Source of the DNA: an uncultured Planctomycetaceae bacterium
Lineage (GTDB): Bacteria > Planctomycetota > Planctomycetia > Isosphaerales > Isosphaeraceae
Reading direction: 5' to 3'
Assembly (NCBI GenBank): GCA_963833985.1
Contig: CAWIAD010000002.1
Location: 6,016,001 to 6,080,000 of the forward strand
Length of the DNA: 64,000 bases
The position numbers were made by a program, and so were the translations under genes. This document shows positions 1-9,778 of the stretch, piece by piece; within the stretch, counting starts at the first letter, position 1; every line of letters starts with the position of its first letter. Below the pieces are notes generated by a model. The model ran no database searches. It saw only the letters and a program-made list of their open reading frames with translations, and had not been told where the DNA came from.

Positions 1-187
1 CACGCCGCCAACGCCAGCGCGGCCACCAGGTGTCAGCCCTGCACCCGCAGGCATCGCCATCGGCCGCACTTCAGCGGATTTGAGTATCCGCTGGAATGGG
101 AAAACGCTACTTTTGTAAGAGACACTTCCCGAAGGCCGGCAGCCCGGGTGAGTCAATGGTGGATCCACTGAGCTGAAAGGGGACTCC

Positions 188-910
188 ATGAGAACTTTCG
201 GACTTCTCGCCTGGCTGATGATTCCCGTTCTGGCCGGGGCTTACCACTACGGGCCCGGCCAGGAAAAGCTCCGGCTTGACGATGTTTCCCGGCTGCTCGC
301 CGAGGCCGACACGCTCGCGGCCCACGAGAAGTGGTCCGAGGCATCCTCGCGGTATGAGAAGGCACTGGCTCTGTTGCCTCCCGGCCGGCTTGACGAGGCG
401 CGGTGGGTGCGCCTGCAAAGAGCCAAGGTGCAGATGTTCGACCGGCAGTTGCCGGAGGCGACCGCTGCGCTCAAGGAACTGGCCGATCAACTGGAAGCGG
501 ACAGGTCGGCTGACCCGAAACTCCGCGACGACGTTCATGCGGCTCTGGCGAATTCCCAGTATTACATGACCTGGCTGATGCGTCTGGAAGGTCTCGGCGC
601 GGCGGACTGGGAGCCCGAGATCGAGAATTCCCGCCAGACCTTCCGCATGCTCGCCGAGCAGGCGGAGGCGCGCGGTGAAACCGTCGCGGCCACCAAGCAT
701 CGCAAGGACCTGGAAAGCACGATCCGGCTGTCGCGGATGGACCTGGCCCAGCTTCAGGGGTTAGACCTGCCCAGGCAGTGACAGGGCTGCAAGAGCGGCC
801 AGTCTGGCCGCGGCAATGGCAAGGGTAAGGGTAAGTCGAAGAGCTCCTCCAAAGACAAGGACGCCCGGGGCGCTGGGGCCGGCCCGCCACCCGATGATTC
901 AGGATCGTGA
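188..910 (+). CDS. Membrane-anchored TPR-like helical protein; candidate selenoprotein (in-frame TGA at 779-781, U-Q-G-C). Conventional ORF is 188-781
   Basis: N-terminal hydrophobic segment and helical body. After the TGA the frame stays open for 42 GC3-biased codons (QGCKSGQSGRGNGKGKGKSKSSSKDKDARGAGAGPPPDDSGS) to TGA at 908-910; hairpin at 795-811. Confidence 0.7.
795..811 (+). promoter_or_regulatory. Candidate bacterial SECIS element
   Basis: GCGGCCA-GTC-TGGCCGC perfect 7-bp stem starting 14 nt after the TGA, with G first in the apical loop. Confidence 0.55.
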
Positions 911-1014
911 GCGAGCCGATCAGGACAGGAAATCCTCACGGAGCACGAGGGGACGGGCCGCTCCACGCAACGCGTGGCGCTGCCCCTGGGCTCCGCGAGC
1001 CGTTTTATGGTTGA

Positions 1015-4000
1015 ATGAAGGACACCCCTGCCATGCACCGGTTTCTCGAGCGGGCCGCTCATTCTCTGGTCGCCCTCATGTTCGTGGCACTTTCTGGCGC
1101 GCGCGGTGAGGCCGCTGGGCAGTCTCCTGCGAAAGCGCCCGGCCAGCCCCAGGGGGCAGCCGCGCCCGGGTTACCGGATGACGTGTTCGCAGCCGCGCCG
1201 GTGCTCTCACAGGAAGAGCAGCAGAAGCAGCAGCAGCGGATGCAGAAGATTCAGCAGTTGAACTTCGATCGCCGGCCCTCGTCGATCCTCAAGGCGTGGG
1301 CCACACCCCGCGAGCTGGCCCTCGAGGAGGCAAACAGCGAGGACGCGAACGCGGCACCGGGCGTGCTCTCGCGCCGGGCCAGGCCCGGTCGAGTGGCGGG
1401 CGAGGTGGCGTCCTCGGCAGCTTCCGCAAACGCCGAACCGGCGGCACCCGACCCGTTCGACCGCGAGCTGAAGGGCTTCCAGCGCGACGTGACACTGGGG
1501 GACTGGCCAGCCGTGAAGGCATTTCTTCGCGGACTGGAGAATCAGGAGGGCAAGGCGGCCTACAGCCGGCTGCTCCAGGCGCTGGCCAGCGGCCCGACGG
1601 GCGCCCAGGGCATGATGCCGGGACAGGTCCAGAACATGCCGCCCGGCATGCGCATGCAGATGCAGGCTCAGATGCAGATGCAGCCGCAGCAGTACATGAT
1701 GGAACGCAATGTCTTTTCCAGTGAGGATGTCATTCGGCTGGCCTGGGTGGCGCCTCACGGCCTGGAGAAGGAGCACCTGGCTGGCCTGGGCCAGCTCCTC
1801 CGCCAGTCGATCGATCAGGGGAACGCCGTCGAGGATTTCCTGACCCGGGTGCGGGCCGAACTGGGCAAGCCCGCGCGTGAGGCGGCCGTTTCCCGGCGGC
1901 AGGCCGCCAGGGTGCTGTTCGCCGCCAGTTGCGCGGTGGAGGCCGGTCCGTTTCTTCCCGACCCCGCAACAGCCGTCAAGGACGACGATCGCGAGGCACT
2001 CAACCTGCTGGCCCGGCATTACCTGGCCCTGCACGAGCGGGACAAGAAAGCGGTCCACCTGGAGCAGGCCTGGTCGGTGACCCAGGACGCGCTCGCCGCC
2101 GGCAAGGTCGACCGCGAGCAGAAGGACGACGCCATTCGCCGCGCTGTCGAGCTGGTGCCCAGGATCAAGCAGGCGCTCGGCCGGGCCTGGCTCGAGGGCA
2201 GCTTCACCGGCCGGCCGGATCGGGGCATGGAGATCCTCGCGGCCATCGGCGGTGCCACCGCGCAAGGCCTGCAAACACACCCGTTTGATCCGGACTACCG
2301 CACCCGGTCGCTCGAATTGCAAAGTCTGGCGGTCGAGGCCCTCCTGCGTATCGCGCCTGCGCGTGGCCGAGAGTGGGCCAGGAACCTGCAACTGCTGGCG
2401 GAGGGCTGGCTCAAGGAGGCCGAGTTCTCCCACAAGTTTGACTTCTCGACGAGCCTGGGGCCGCGGATGCAGTTCGACCCGTTCGGCAATGTGTACTACT
2501 CGAACTACGACGCGATGTCGCCCGAGATGATGATGCAGCGCCAGGGGAACATGCCCCGCGCCCTGTTGACGGGCGACGTGGTCAAGCACCGGCCCGGCGA
2601 CGCGTGGCTGGCACTGCTGGACGAGGGGATCAGGCCCCGCTTCGCGACCGTCTTCGCGCAGCTCTATCTCAAGGTCAACGAGGAGGAGAAGGCGTTTCCC
2701 TACATCGAGCGGCTCTCCGCCACGCACCCGCGCCAGGCCAGGGAGCTGGCCGAGGAGTTTTTGAAAACCTGGACCAAGAACCACGACCCCAACTCACAGC
2801 AGATGCGCCGCAGCCGGTTCTTCTACGTCTACGGCTTCGAGTCGCGGGCCGAGGGGATACCGCTGACACGGTCGAAGCAGGAGCGCAACATTGTCGAGCT
2901 CGGCGAGTGGGTGAAGCGGCTGCGTAAGCTGCCGATCGGTGAGCTGGACGAGAAGCTGCTCACGGGTGCCTTCACCGCCTGCCATAGCCCTGCCGAGGTC
3001 TACCGGCTCGATGCGATCAACCGGGTTTTCGGCTCGTTTGACGCCCTCAAGCCGGTGACCCTGGCGGAGCTGATCCAGCAGATGCGGGGCAATCTCGTCG
3101 GCGTATGGCGCAGGCCCGACGAGCAGGAGAAGCAGAAGACGAAGCGCCGCGAGAAGGATATTCGCGGTGAGGTCCTGCGCGGATACGAGGTCGCCCGCTC
3201 CGTGGTCGACCAGGGGCTGAAGCGCTATCCGGACCACTGGGCGCTCGTGCTCGCACGGGCGTCGATCCTCCATGACGAGAACAACTACCGGCAGGAGATC
3301 GAGAAATCGTCGTCCTTCGCGCCCCGCCGGCAACAGGCGCTCGCCGAGTTCCAGAAGTCGGCACGTCTCTACCTCGCCGCGGCACCCGGCTTGCCGCAGG
3401 ACGAGCAGAACACCCAGGCCTTCGAGATCTGGTTCAATGCCGCACTGGGTGCCTGCGACCTCCAGCATATCACCGAGGAGACGCTGGCCGACGAGCGGCA
3501 AATGCCCCTCATCCGCCAGGCGCTCGAAAGCCTTCGGGGTGAGGACCGCGAGCGGCACCTGAGCAAGTTCGCCAACGCCCTGTTCACCCGACTGAGCGCC
3601 GTCAAGCCGTCGGTCAAGGTGCGCTACCTCCGGGCCGGCATCGAGATCGTCGGCGACCACCCACAGGCCCATGACGCCCGCAAGGTTTACGACTACTACA
3701 AGGACCTGGTCACCGAGATCAAGCTCGACACCGTCGTTGACGGCAGCGACGTGGTCGGCCACGAGAAGCCGTTCGGCGTTTTCGTCAACCTCCGGCATAC
3801 CCGCGAGATCGAGCGCGAATCGGGAGGGTTTGGCCGCTACCTGCAAAACCAGAACAACTCCGGTTCTTATTATTATAATTTCGGGCGTCCGCTGGAAAAC
3901 TACCGCGACAAGTTCCAGGAGATCGTCAAGCAGGCGCTTCAGGAGCAGTTTGAGATCCTCTCGGTGACGTTCCAGGACGATAAGGTGAATTCCCGGGCCA

Positions 4001-4899
4001 CTACTGACTACGGCTGGCGGGTGACGCCTTATGCGTATCTCCTGCTGAAGGCGAGGAGTGGGAAGGTTGACAAGATCGCACCCTTACGGCTCGACCTCGA
4101 CTTCATGGACACCTCGGGGTACGTCATCCTGCCCATCGAGTCGCCCACGATCCCCATCGACGCGGCACCTGCCTCGGGTGCGGCGAGACCCTACGAGAAG
4201 CTTCAGGTCACCCAGATCCTCGACGAGCGTCAGGCGAAGGACGGCAAGCTGATCCTGGAGATCAAGGCGACCGCCCGGGGCCTGGTCCCCGAGCTGCAGC
4301 AAATCCTCGACGTGCATGCCGAGGGGTTCACCATCGACAAGACGGACGACCAGGGGCTGTCGGTCTCGAAGTTCGATCCCGAAAGCCAGGCGAACCTCGT
4401 CGACTCGGAGCGTACCTGGCTGGTCCACTACCTCGGCGCCCCGATCGAGAACGAGGCGCCCAGAACGTTCAAGTACCCGCCCGCCCGGGTGAATACCGCG
4501 GAGATGGTGTATCAACGATACGCGGATGCCGACCTGGCGAAGGTTGGACCGGAAGTGGTCCTCGAGTCACGCTACGGACAGCCCACCTATGCCTGGGCGT
4601 GGTGGCTCGCGGCTGGAGTCTTGCTGGCGGCTCTCGCCGCGGCCGGAGTGACTGCCCTTTTCCGTTCGTTCTCCAGGCGCGTCAAGCCCTCAAGGTACCA
4701 GGTTCCGGAAGTGGTCACGCCGTTCACGGTGCTCGGCCTGCTGCGCGCGATCGCCTCCCACGACGGCCTCGCGGCGACTCAGCAGCAAGAGATCGCCCGC
4801 TCGATTCAGGAGCTGGAACGGCATTACTTCGCCGACGCGAACGGCAGCGCGCTGGACCTCAAGACCATTGCGGAGACGTGGGTTGCCAGGGCGTCGTGA
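1015..4899 (+). CDS. Large exported/membrane-anchored hypothetical protein (helical repeats, beta-rich C-terminal part, C-terminal TM helix)
   Basis: 1294-aa ORF with strong codon bias, signal-like N-terminus, Met/Gln-rich linker (~1610-1700) and TM segment WWLAAGVLLAALAAAGVTALF. Confidence 0.85.
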   Translation: MKDTPAMHRFLERAAHSLVALMFVALSGARGEAAGQSPAKAPGQPQGAAAPGLPDDVFAAAPVLSQEEQQKQQQRMQKIQQLNFDRRPSSILKAWATPRELALEEANSEDANAAPGVLSRRARPGRVAGEVASSAASANAEPAAPDPFDRELKGFQRDVTLGDWPAVKAFLRGLENQEGKAAYSRLLQALASGPTGAQGMMPGQVQNMPPGMRMQMQAQMQMQPQQYMMERNVFSSEDVIRLAWVAPHGLEKEHLAGLGQLLRQSIDQGNAVEDFLTRVRAELGKPAREAAVSRRQAARVLFAASCAVEAGPFLPDPATAVKDDDREALNLLARHYLALHERDKKAVHLEQAWSVTQDALAAGKVDREQKDDAIRRAVELVPRIKQALGRAWLEGSFTGRPDRGMEILAAIGGATAQGLQTHPFDPDYRTRSLELQSLAVEALLRIAPARGREWARNLQLLAEGWLKEAEFSHKFDFSTSLGPRMQFDPFGNVYYSNYDAMSPEMMMQRQGNMPRALLTGDVVKHRPGDAWLALLDEGIRPRFATVFAQLYLKVNEEEKAFPYIERLSATHPRQARELAEEFLKTWTKNHDPNSQQMRRSRFFYVYGFESRAEGIPLTRSKQERNIVELGEWVKRLRKLPIGELDEKLLTGAFTACHSPAEVYRLDAINRVFGSFDALKPVTLAELIQQMRGNLVGVWRRPDEQEKQKTKRREKDIRGEVLRGYEVARSVVDQGLKRYPDHWALVLARASILHDENNYRQEIEKSSSFAPRRQQALAEFQKSARLYLAAAPGLPQDEQNTQAFEIWFNAALGACDLQHITEETLADERQMPLIRQALESLRGEDRERHLSKFANALFTRLSAVKPSVKVRYLRAGIEIVGDHPQAHDARKVYDYYKDLVTEIKLDTVVDGSDVVGHEKPFGVFVNLRHTREIERESGGFGRYLQNQNNSGSYYYNFGRPLENYRDKFQEIVKQALQEQFEILSVTFQDDKVNSRATTDYGWRVTPYAYLLLKARSGKVDKIAPLRLDLDFMDTSGYVILPIESPTIPIDAAPASGAARPYEKLQVTQILDERQAKDGKLILEIKATARGLVPELQQILDVHAEGFTIDKTDDQGLSVSKFDPESQANLVDSERTWLVHYLGAPIENEAPRTFKYPPARVNTAEMVYQRYADADLAKVGPEVVLESRYGQPTYAWAWWLAAGVLLAALAAAGVTALFRSFSRRVKPSRYQVPEVVTPFTVLGLLRAIASHDGLAATQQQEIARSIQELERHYFADANGSALDLKTIAETWVARAS

Positions 4900-4953
4900 G
4901 CCGCAACAGGCTCGCCCTGGCGGGACTGTCTTGAGGAAAGCCTCCCGCTGGAC

Positions 4954-7700
4954 TCAATTCGCCTCGAGCACCACGTAGAGGCAATCCCCGGGTAGCCGTA
5001 ACTGCACGCCCTGTGCGCCCGGCACCGGTTTGAGCTTCGCCTGCGGCTGGCCGTTGATGTCAAGCCGTGCGGCCTTTGTGAGTCCGGGATTGGACAGCGT
5101 GATGGTCATCTTCGTCTCGGCGATCGCCCAGGGCATCGTTCCGGTATCGACCACCTGCTTGCCGTGAAACGTCTGCTTGCCGTCGTCGCCCTGGAAGGTC
5201 GTCTCGCGCTCCACCCAGCCGGTGGGCCGCGCCCTGGTGCCGACCTGCACGAGCACCCGCTTGCTGGAATCGAGCGGCCGGTCGTCAAGCGAGACGAGCA
5301 GCACCGTGGCGTAGTCGTCGGCAGACTGGATCGTCAGGCCCTTCAGCTTGATGGGTGAAGACTGTTTCAGGAACCCCGAGGCACCCTTCGCTCTGGCAGC
5401 GTCAAGGGTGCAGACACCCGCGGCGAAGTTCCAGGTGACCTGGCCGGTGATGCTCTGGACCGTATTCTGCCGGTGGTCGATGAGCCGGGACAGGCCGGCG
5501 ATCTTCGTCCGGGCCGGATCGGAGCCGTACACCACCGTGACGGGCCCGGCCAGGAAGGCGAGTGGATCAACGGCCAACCCGTGCGATGAGCGCCTGGCCG
5601 AGTCGCCCCGGTCGCGGTTGGGATCGTAACTGGGGTCCTCCGAGATCAGCGGCAAGGCACGCTCCCAGAGCTGGCGCAGCGAGCGGTGCTCGGCGACGAC
5701 CGGCTGGCCCTGCTGAATGTAGCCCTTCCGGAAGGCCAGCGCGGCCGCCGGAAACTGGCCCAGAACCATGGGCGTGGCGATGGACCACTTCTGCCGTGAG
5801 GCGGCGTCCCAGTCCGCGCGATCGGTGTTCGACCACTCCGTCTCTCCGGTGCCGAACCAGTAGAACGCGTCCACGCCGGTGAGCGACTGGTAGACGGAGA
5901 CCAGGAACGGCCCTTCGGACTGGTAGCCCAGCGGAGGCACCCAGTGGCTCTCGGTCACCATCATCGGATGTCCGCTCACCTGCTTCAGGTTCAGCGGTAA
6001 GCCGCGCGGGTTGAGCAAGGCCGAGGAATCCTCGAAGTAGTCCCCCCGGTCGATGCGCCAGCCGCGGTCGGGTCCGATGTGCACCGGGCTGTAGTAGCTG
6101 TTCACCGCGAGCACCTCGTTTGCCGTGTAGCTCCAGCGCTCCACGTCGTTGAGCCTCGTGGTGTCGGCCGTCTTCCAGTTGCCCGCGTTGATGAGCTGCT
6201 TGCAGCCGAGCTCGTCGCGCAGGTACCGCGCGGTCTCGCGGTTGAAGTCGTGCATCGTCTCTGCGAAGAACTGGAGCTGGTCGTCGAGCCGCTTCTTGTG
6301 CCCCCCGCCCCGCTCCTGCGTCCATTCCCAGACGATGGCAATTCCGAGCCGCCCGCGGGCCAGATCGTCTTCGGGCATCGCGTCGGCGTCCCAGGCGCGG
6401 ACGGCCCTGTCCAGCGCGCCGTACTTCTTCTTCAGCCAGCGGCCGAACTGCTCTCCGAGGAGCTCGAGCTGCCTTCCCTTGACGTTTTGCATGCTCCAGA
6501 ACAGCATGCTGTCCTCATTCTGGAGCTGGATGATCGCCAGGGCGGGGTCCCGGGCCAGCGGGATTCCGGTATAGGGATTGACCGGGGCCAGGAGCGCCTT
6601 CAGCCATGCCCGGTAACCTTCCTGAAGCTTGGGATTGAAGAAGAGGAGACCCTGTGCATCGTGATTCTCGGGCCAGCCCTCGATGCCCCAGGAGGCGGGC
6701 ACGTGCTTCAGGCTGGCGGCCCAGTAGGGGCTGATCGTCGTGTAGATCCCTTCCTGCTTCATTGCGGCAACGAGCTTCCAGGCTTCGTCGATGGCCTTGG
6801 GATCGACATCGGTAAGGCCGGCGCCCTTGTCTTTGGACTCGAGCTCGCCATGGAATCGCACCATGTTGACCCCGCGCTTGGCGAGAAAACGGGCATGATG
6901 CGCCAGGTCCGGTGCGGATCGGTCGCGCTGAACATAGGTGGTGACGGCCCAGAAGCGGACCGGGGAGCCGTCGCCCAGGATGAACGAATCGCCATCACGG
7001 CTGAGCCGCACGAAGCCGCTTTGCCCCGCGACCTTCTCGTTCAACTGGCGGAGATCGAAGACGGCATCCGGGCGGAACGTGTCCCGCTCGGGCAGGAAGG
7101 GCCAGGTGCCGCCGGTGCCAGTCTGGACCAGGCCTTTCGCCTCCTCCGGCCGCGCCGTGCCGCGGGGCAGGAACGGCCTGGTGGTGAGCGCAAAGACGTC
7201 GATCGCTCCGTGGTGGTGGTTCTCGCTGCTCATGCGGAACGAGATCGTATGCCGCCCCCTCGAGAGCGCGAGGTCGCCCACGCGTTTCCAGGCCAGGAAC
7301 CGCAAGTCCGGCTTGTCGTCGGCCGCGACGTTCACCGTGTCGAGCAGATTCTCCGCCATGTCGATGGGCGTCCATGCTCCGGAGTCCATCCGGTATGCCA
7401 GGCGGGTTCCCACGGGATTGGCTCGAATCCAGAAATGATAGTGAGCTGTGGCAGGGACCTGAAGGGCGTACTCGATCGTTCCGTCGCGGTCATCGGACCA
7501 GTGCGAGATCCAATCGCCGCCGGAGAGGAGGTTCTTCTTTACCTGGTCGTACCACCAGGGATGGCGGCTCACGGTCGCCCGTGCGGGTTTTTCGGCCTCG
7601 ACCCAGATGGTCTGCGCCCGGCCGGCACTTGTGCCGAGGCGCTGGCGAGGGGCAGTAAGAGCACGAGGCGAATCGCAACATCGCGAGCGGAGGAGGTCAT
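4954..7700 (-). CDS. Secreted clan GH-A (GH5-like) glycoside hydrolase; one frameshift near 7615 separates the signal peptide
   Basis: Motifs GVNMVRFH, IQLQNEDS (acid/base NE) and MMVTES. Signal peptide MTSSARDVAIRLVLLLPLASASA lies in a neighbouring frame and joins AQTIWVEAE if one base is restored. Confidence 0.75.
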
Positions 7701-7921
7701 CGGCAGGGTCTCCCTGGAGCGGCTACGGCTGGAGTGCGCCCGGGCTTGCTTCCGTAAAGCATAAGCGATGCGCCCGGACAGATCAGGAGGCATGCCGGTT
7801 CTTCCATACCCGGATTCCTCTTGCCCGCATCGCGACCTCGACTTGTCAGCACCGTCTGCGGGTTTGTAGGTTCAACCTTTTCCGTCCTCGTCCATCGTGC
7901 CTGGAAAGCGAGACGATCCTC

Positions 7922-8398
7922 TTGCCAAGCGACGACTCGAATCCTTCCGAAAGCTTTGAGCCCACGATCAACGGAGCCGCATCCCGGTGGATCTTCGTGG
8001 GAATGCTGGGACTGGTGATCGCGGGTGGGATTGCGTATTCGCTGCTCAAGAAAGCCGCCCCGCCATTACCTCCGGAGGTTGCGGCCGACCCTCTGCTTCT
8101 GCAAGGCCGTTCGATTTACCTGACGCGGTGCGCGACCTGCCACGGACAGGAGGGACGCGGCGACGGACCGATTGCCGGCATGCTGCTCGGTCCTCCAGTG
8201 GGCAACATCAGCGACGGCAAGTGGAAGCACGGGGGCAAGCCCGACGAGGTGCTGGGTGTCATTTCCCGGGGCGTTCCAAACACCCGCATGGCCGGCTGGG
8301 GCCTGGCGCTCGAACCACCCCAGCTCCGGGCCGTGGCCGGTTATGTGTTCTACTTGGCCAGGCAGCCCGTGCCCGACGTCTTCCGCAATCCCGATTGA
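7922..8398 (+). CDS. Membrane-anchored monoheme cytochrome c (start uncertain)
   Basis: TM helix WIFVGMLGLVIAGGIAYSLL, CATCH heme motif, distal Met region GVPNTRMAGW. Confidence 0.85.
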   Translation: MPSDDSNPSESFEPTINGAASRWIFVGMLGLVIAGGIAYSLLKKAAPPLPPEVAADPLLLQGRSIYLTRCATCHGQEGRGDGPIAGMLLGPPVGNISDGKWKHGGKPDEVLGVISRGVPNTRMAGWGLALEPPQLRAVAGYVFYLARQPVPDVFRNPD

Positions 8399-8406
8399 TG
8401 TTTCTC

Positions 8407-8751
8407 AATAGATCCTCGCCTCCTGGAATGTGGGCCAGCCGCCCTCGGCTGGCCCAGGACGGCCAGGGCGGCCTCCCCCCACTTTCCCTCTTACGGGGAG
8501 CTATTCAGGGCGGTTTTCTGACGGGTTGCAGGCAGTTTCTGAGTTTTGAAAAGGGGGGGCAGACTTTCCTGTCTGCCAGGGCAGGCCTGCTCCGGCAGGC
8601 AGGAATGCCTGCCCCCCGGTCTCGGTCCGCGATCCAAGTGAAAACCGCTCTAAATAGATGCTGGCCTCCTGGAAAGTGGGCCAGCCGCCCTCGGCTGGCC
8701 CAGGACGGCCAGGGCGGCCTCCCCCCACTTTCCCTCTTACGGGGAGCTATT
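8407..8751. repeat. Composite intergenic repeat: two 99-bp direct repeats (8407-8505, 8653-8751) flanking a 147-bp inverted-repeat element (8506-8652) that contains a REP-like palindrome pair
   Basis: The direct copies differ at 3 positions and each runs AATAG...CTATT. Inner ends are CAGGGCGGTTTTC / GAAAACCGCTCTA; inner pair is GGGCAGACTTTCCTGTCTGCC and GGCAGGCAGGAATGCCTGCCC. Confidence 0.9.
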
Positions 8752-9188
8752 TAGATATCCAGAATCTGTTCCGTGTGAACGATCGCGTCGGCTTCAATTT
8801 CGATCATGGCCGCGTCATCGATGAGTCGAGACACCTGCACCATCGTCAGCGCGGGGCGTACCTGATCGAAGAACTCTCGATGGACCTCCCCGACCTCCTT
8901 CCATTTCTGGATATCGGTCACGTAGATCCGCGTGCGGACGATGTCGGTTGTCTTGCCTCCCAGATGCTCGATCGCGGCGACGATGATATCCAGGGCGCGT
9001 CGGGTCTGACCTTTGATGGTCGGGGCAAAGCGGCCGTCGGCCTCGATGCCGACCGTGCCGGTCACCGCGATCACCATACCCGCGCGGATCGCCCGGGAAT
9101 AGCCGATGGCCGCTTCCCAGGCCGAACCGCTGGAGGCGCACTCGCGGCCGTTCCGTTCGCTCACCGTGATCCTGACGCTTGGTGTCAT
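8751..9188 (-). CDS. RidA/YjgF/YER057c family protein
   Basis: WEAAIGYSRA, IVRTRIYVTD, RPALTMVQV and IEIEADA motifs. Confidence 0.9.
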   Translation of the reverse strand: MTPSVRITVSERNGRECASSGSAWEAAIGYSRAIRAGMVIAVTGTVGIEADGRFAPTIKGQTRRALDIIVAAIEHLGGKTTDIVRTRIYVTDIQKWKEVGEVHREFFDQVRPALTMVQVSRLIDDAAMIEIEADAIVHTEQILDI

Positions 9189-9337
9189 GGCTTGGTCAAC
9201 TCCTGAGCTTTCTGGTGGAGCGGCCTCGCATCGATCAAACGCCGGAAAAACAGCGTTCTTGCGCTGCGGTCGCCTCGCTCGCACGGTAAGAATCAGGTTA
9301 GACTGTGAAGCACCAGAAAGAAATCACGGAGTGAGAC

Positions 9338-9778
9338 ATGACTGTCCCGGACGCCTTGCGACGGAAGCTCGAGGGGCTCTGCGCCGCCCTGGATGCGTGC
9401 GCCGCCGGATACTGGAGAATGGACCAGCAAGACCAGCAGTTGATCCAGGTCGCCTTTGTGCCCGGGCCCGGGCTCGACCACCAGGTTGGCGGCCAGTTCG
9501 CGGCCGCGACCAGGTCGGTCGCACTGAGCCAGTCGAACCTGGGAATCGTGGCGGCCGCGGTCACGGGCCAGCCGGCGATCTCGCGCGTCGAGGACCTTCC
9601 CGCCGATTCCGGCTCGGGCCGATGGCTGCGCGCCTTCGGCGCCGCGCGCTCCGTGGCCGTGCCGGTCACCGGCAAAGACGGAAACGTGCTGAGCGTGCTT
9701 TCCGTGGCACTACCGCGCTGCTGCACGTTGACCGATGAAGAGGTCGCTCAGATGCTTCACCAGAGCGGAATCAACTGA
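9338..9778 (+). CDS. Stand-alone GAF-domain protein
   Basis: LGIVAAAVTGQP...ARSVAVPV...VLSVLSV pattern; GGAG RBS upstream. Confidence 0.7.
   Translation: MTVPDALRRKLEGLCAALDACAAGYWRMDQQDQQLIQVAFVPGPGLDHQVGGQFAAATRSVALSQSNLGIVAAAVTGQPAISRVEDLPADSGSGRWLRAFGAARSVAVPVTGKDGNVLSVLSVALPRCCTLTDEEVAQMLHQSGIN

Noticed and set aside
1207..3846. Long antisense ORFs (also 6079-7764, 19967-21484, 21858-23594, 61685-62998)
   Set aside because: They mirror well-supported genes on the opposite strand, as expected in high-GC DNA, and show no motifs.
8407..8751. CRISPR array
   Set aside because: Only two 99-bp units with a palindromic insert, no repeat-spacer periodicity and no cas genes in the window.
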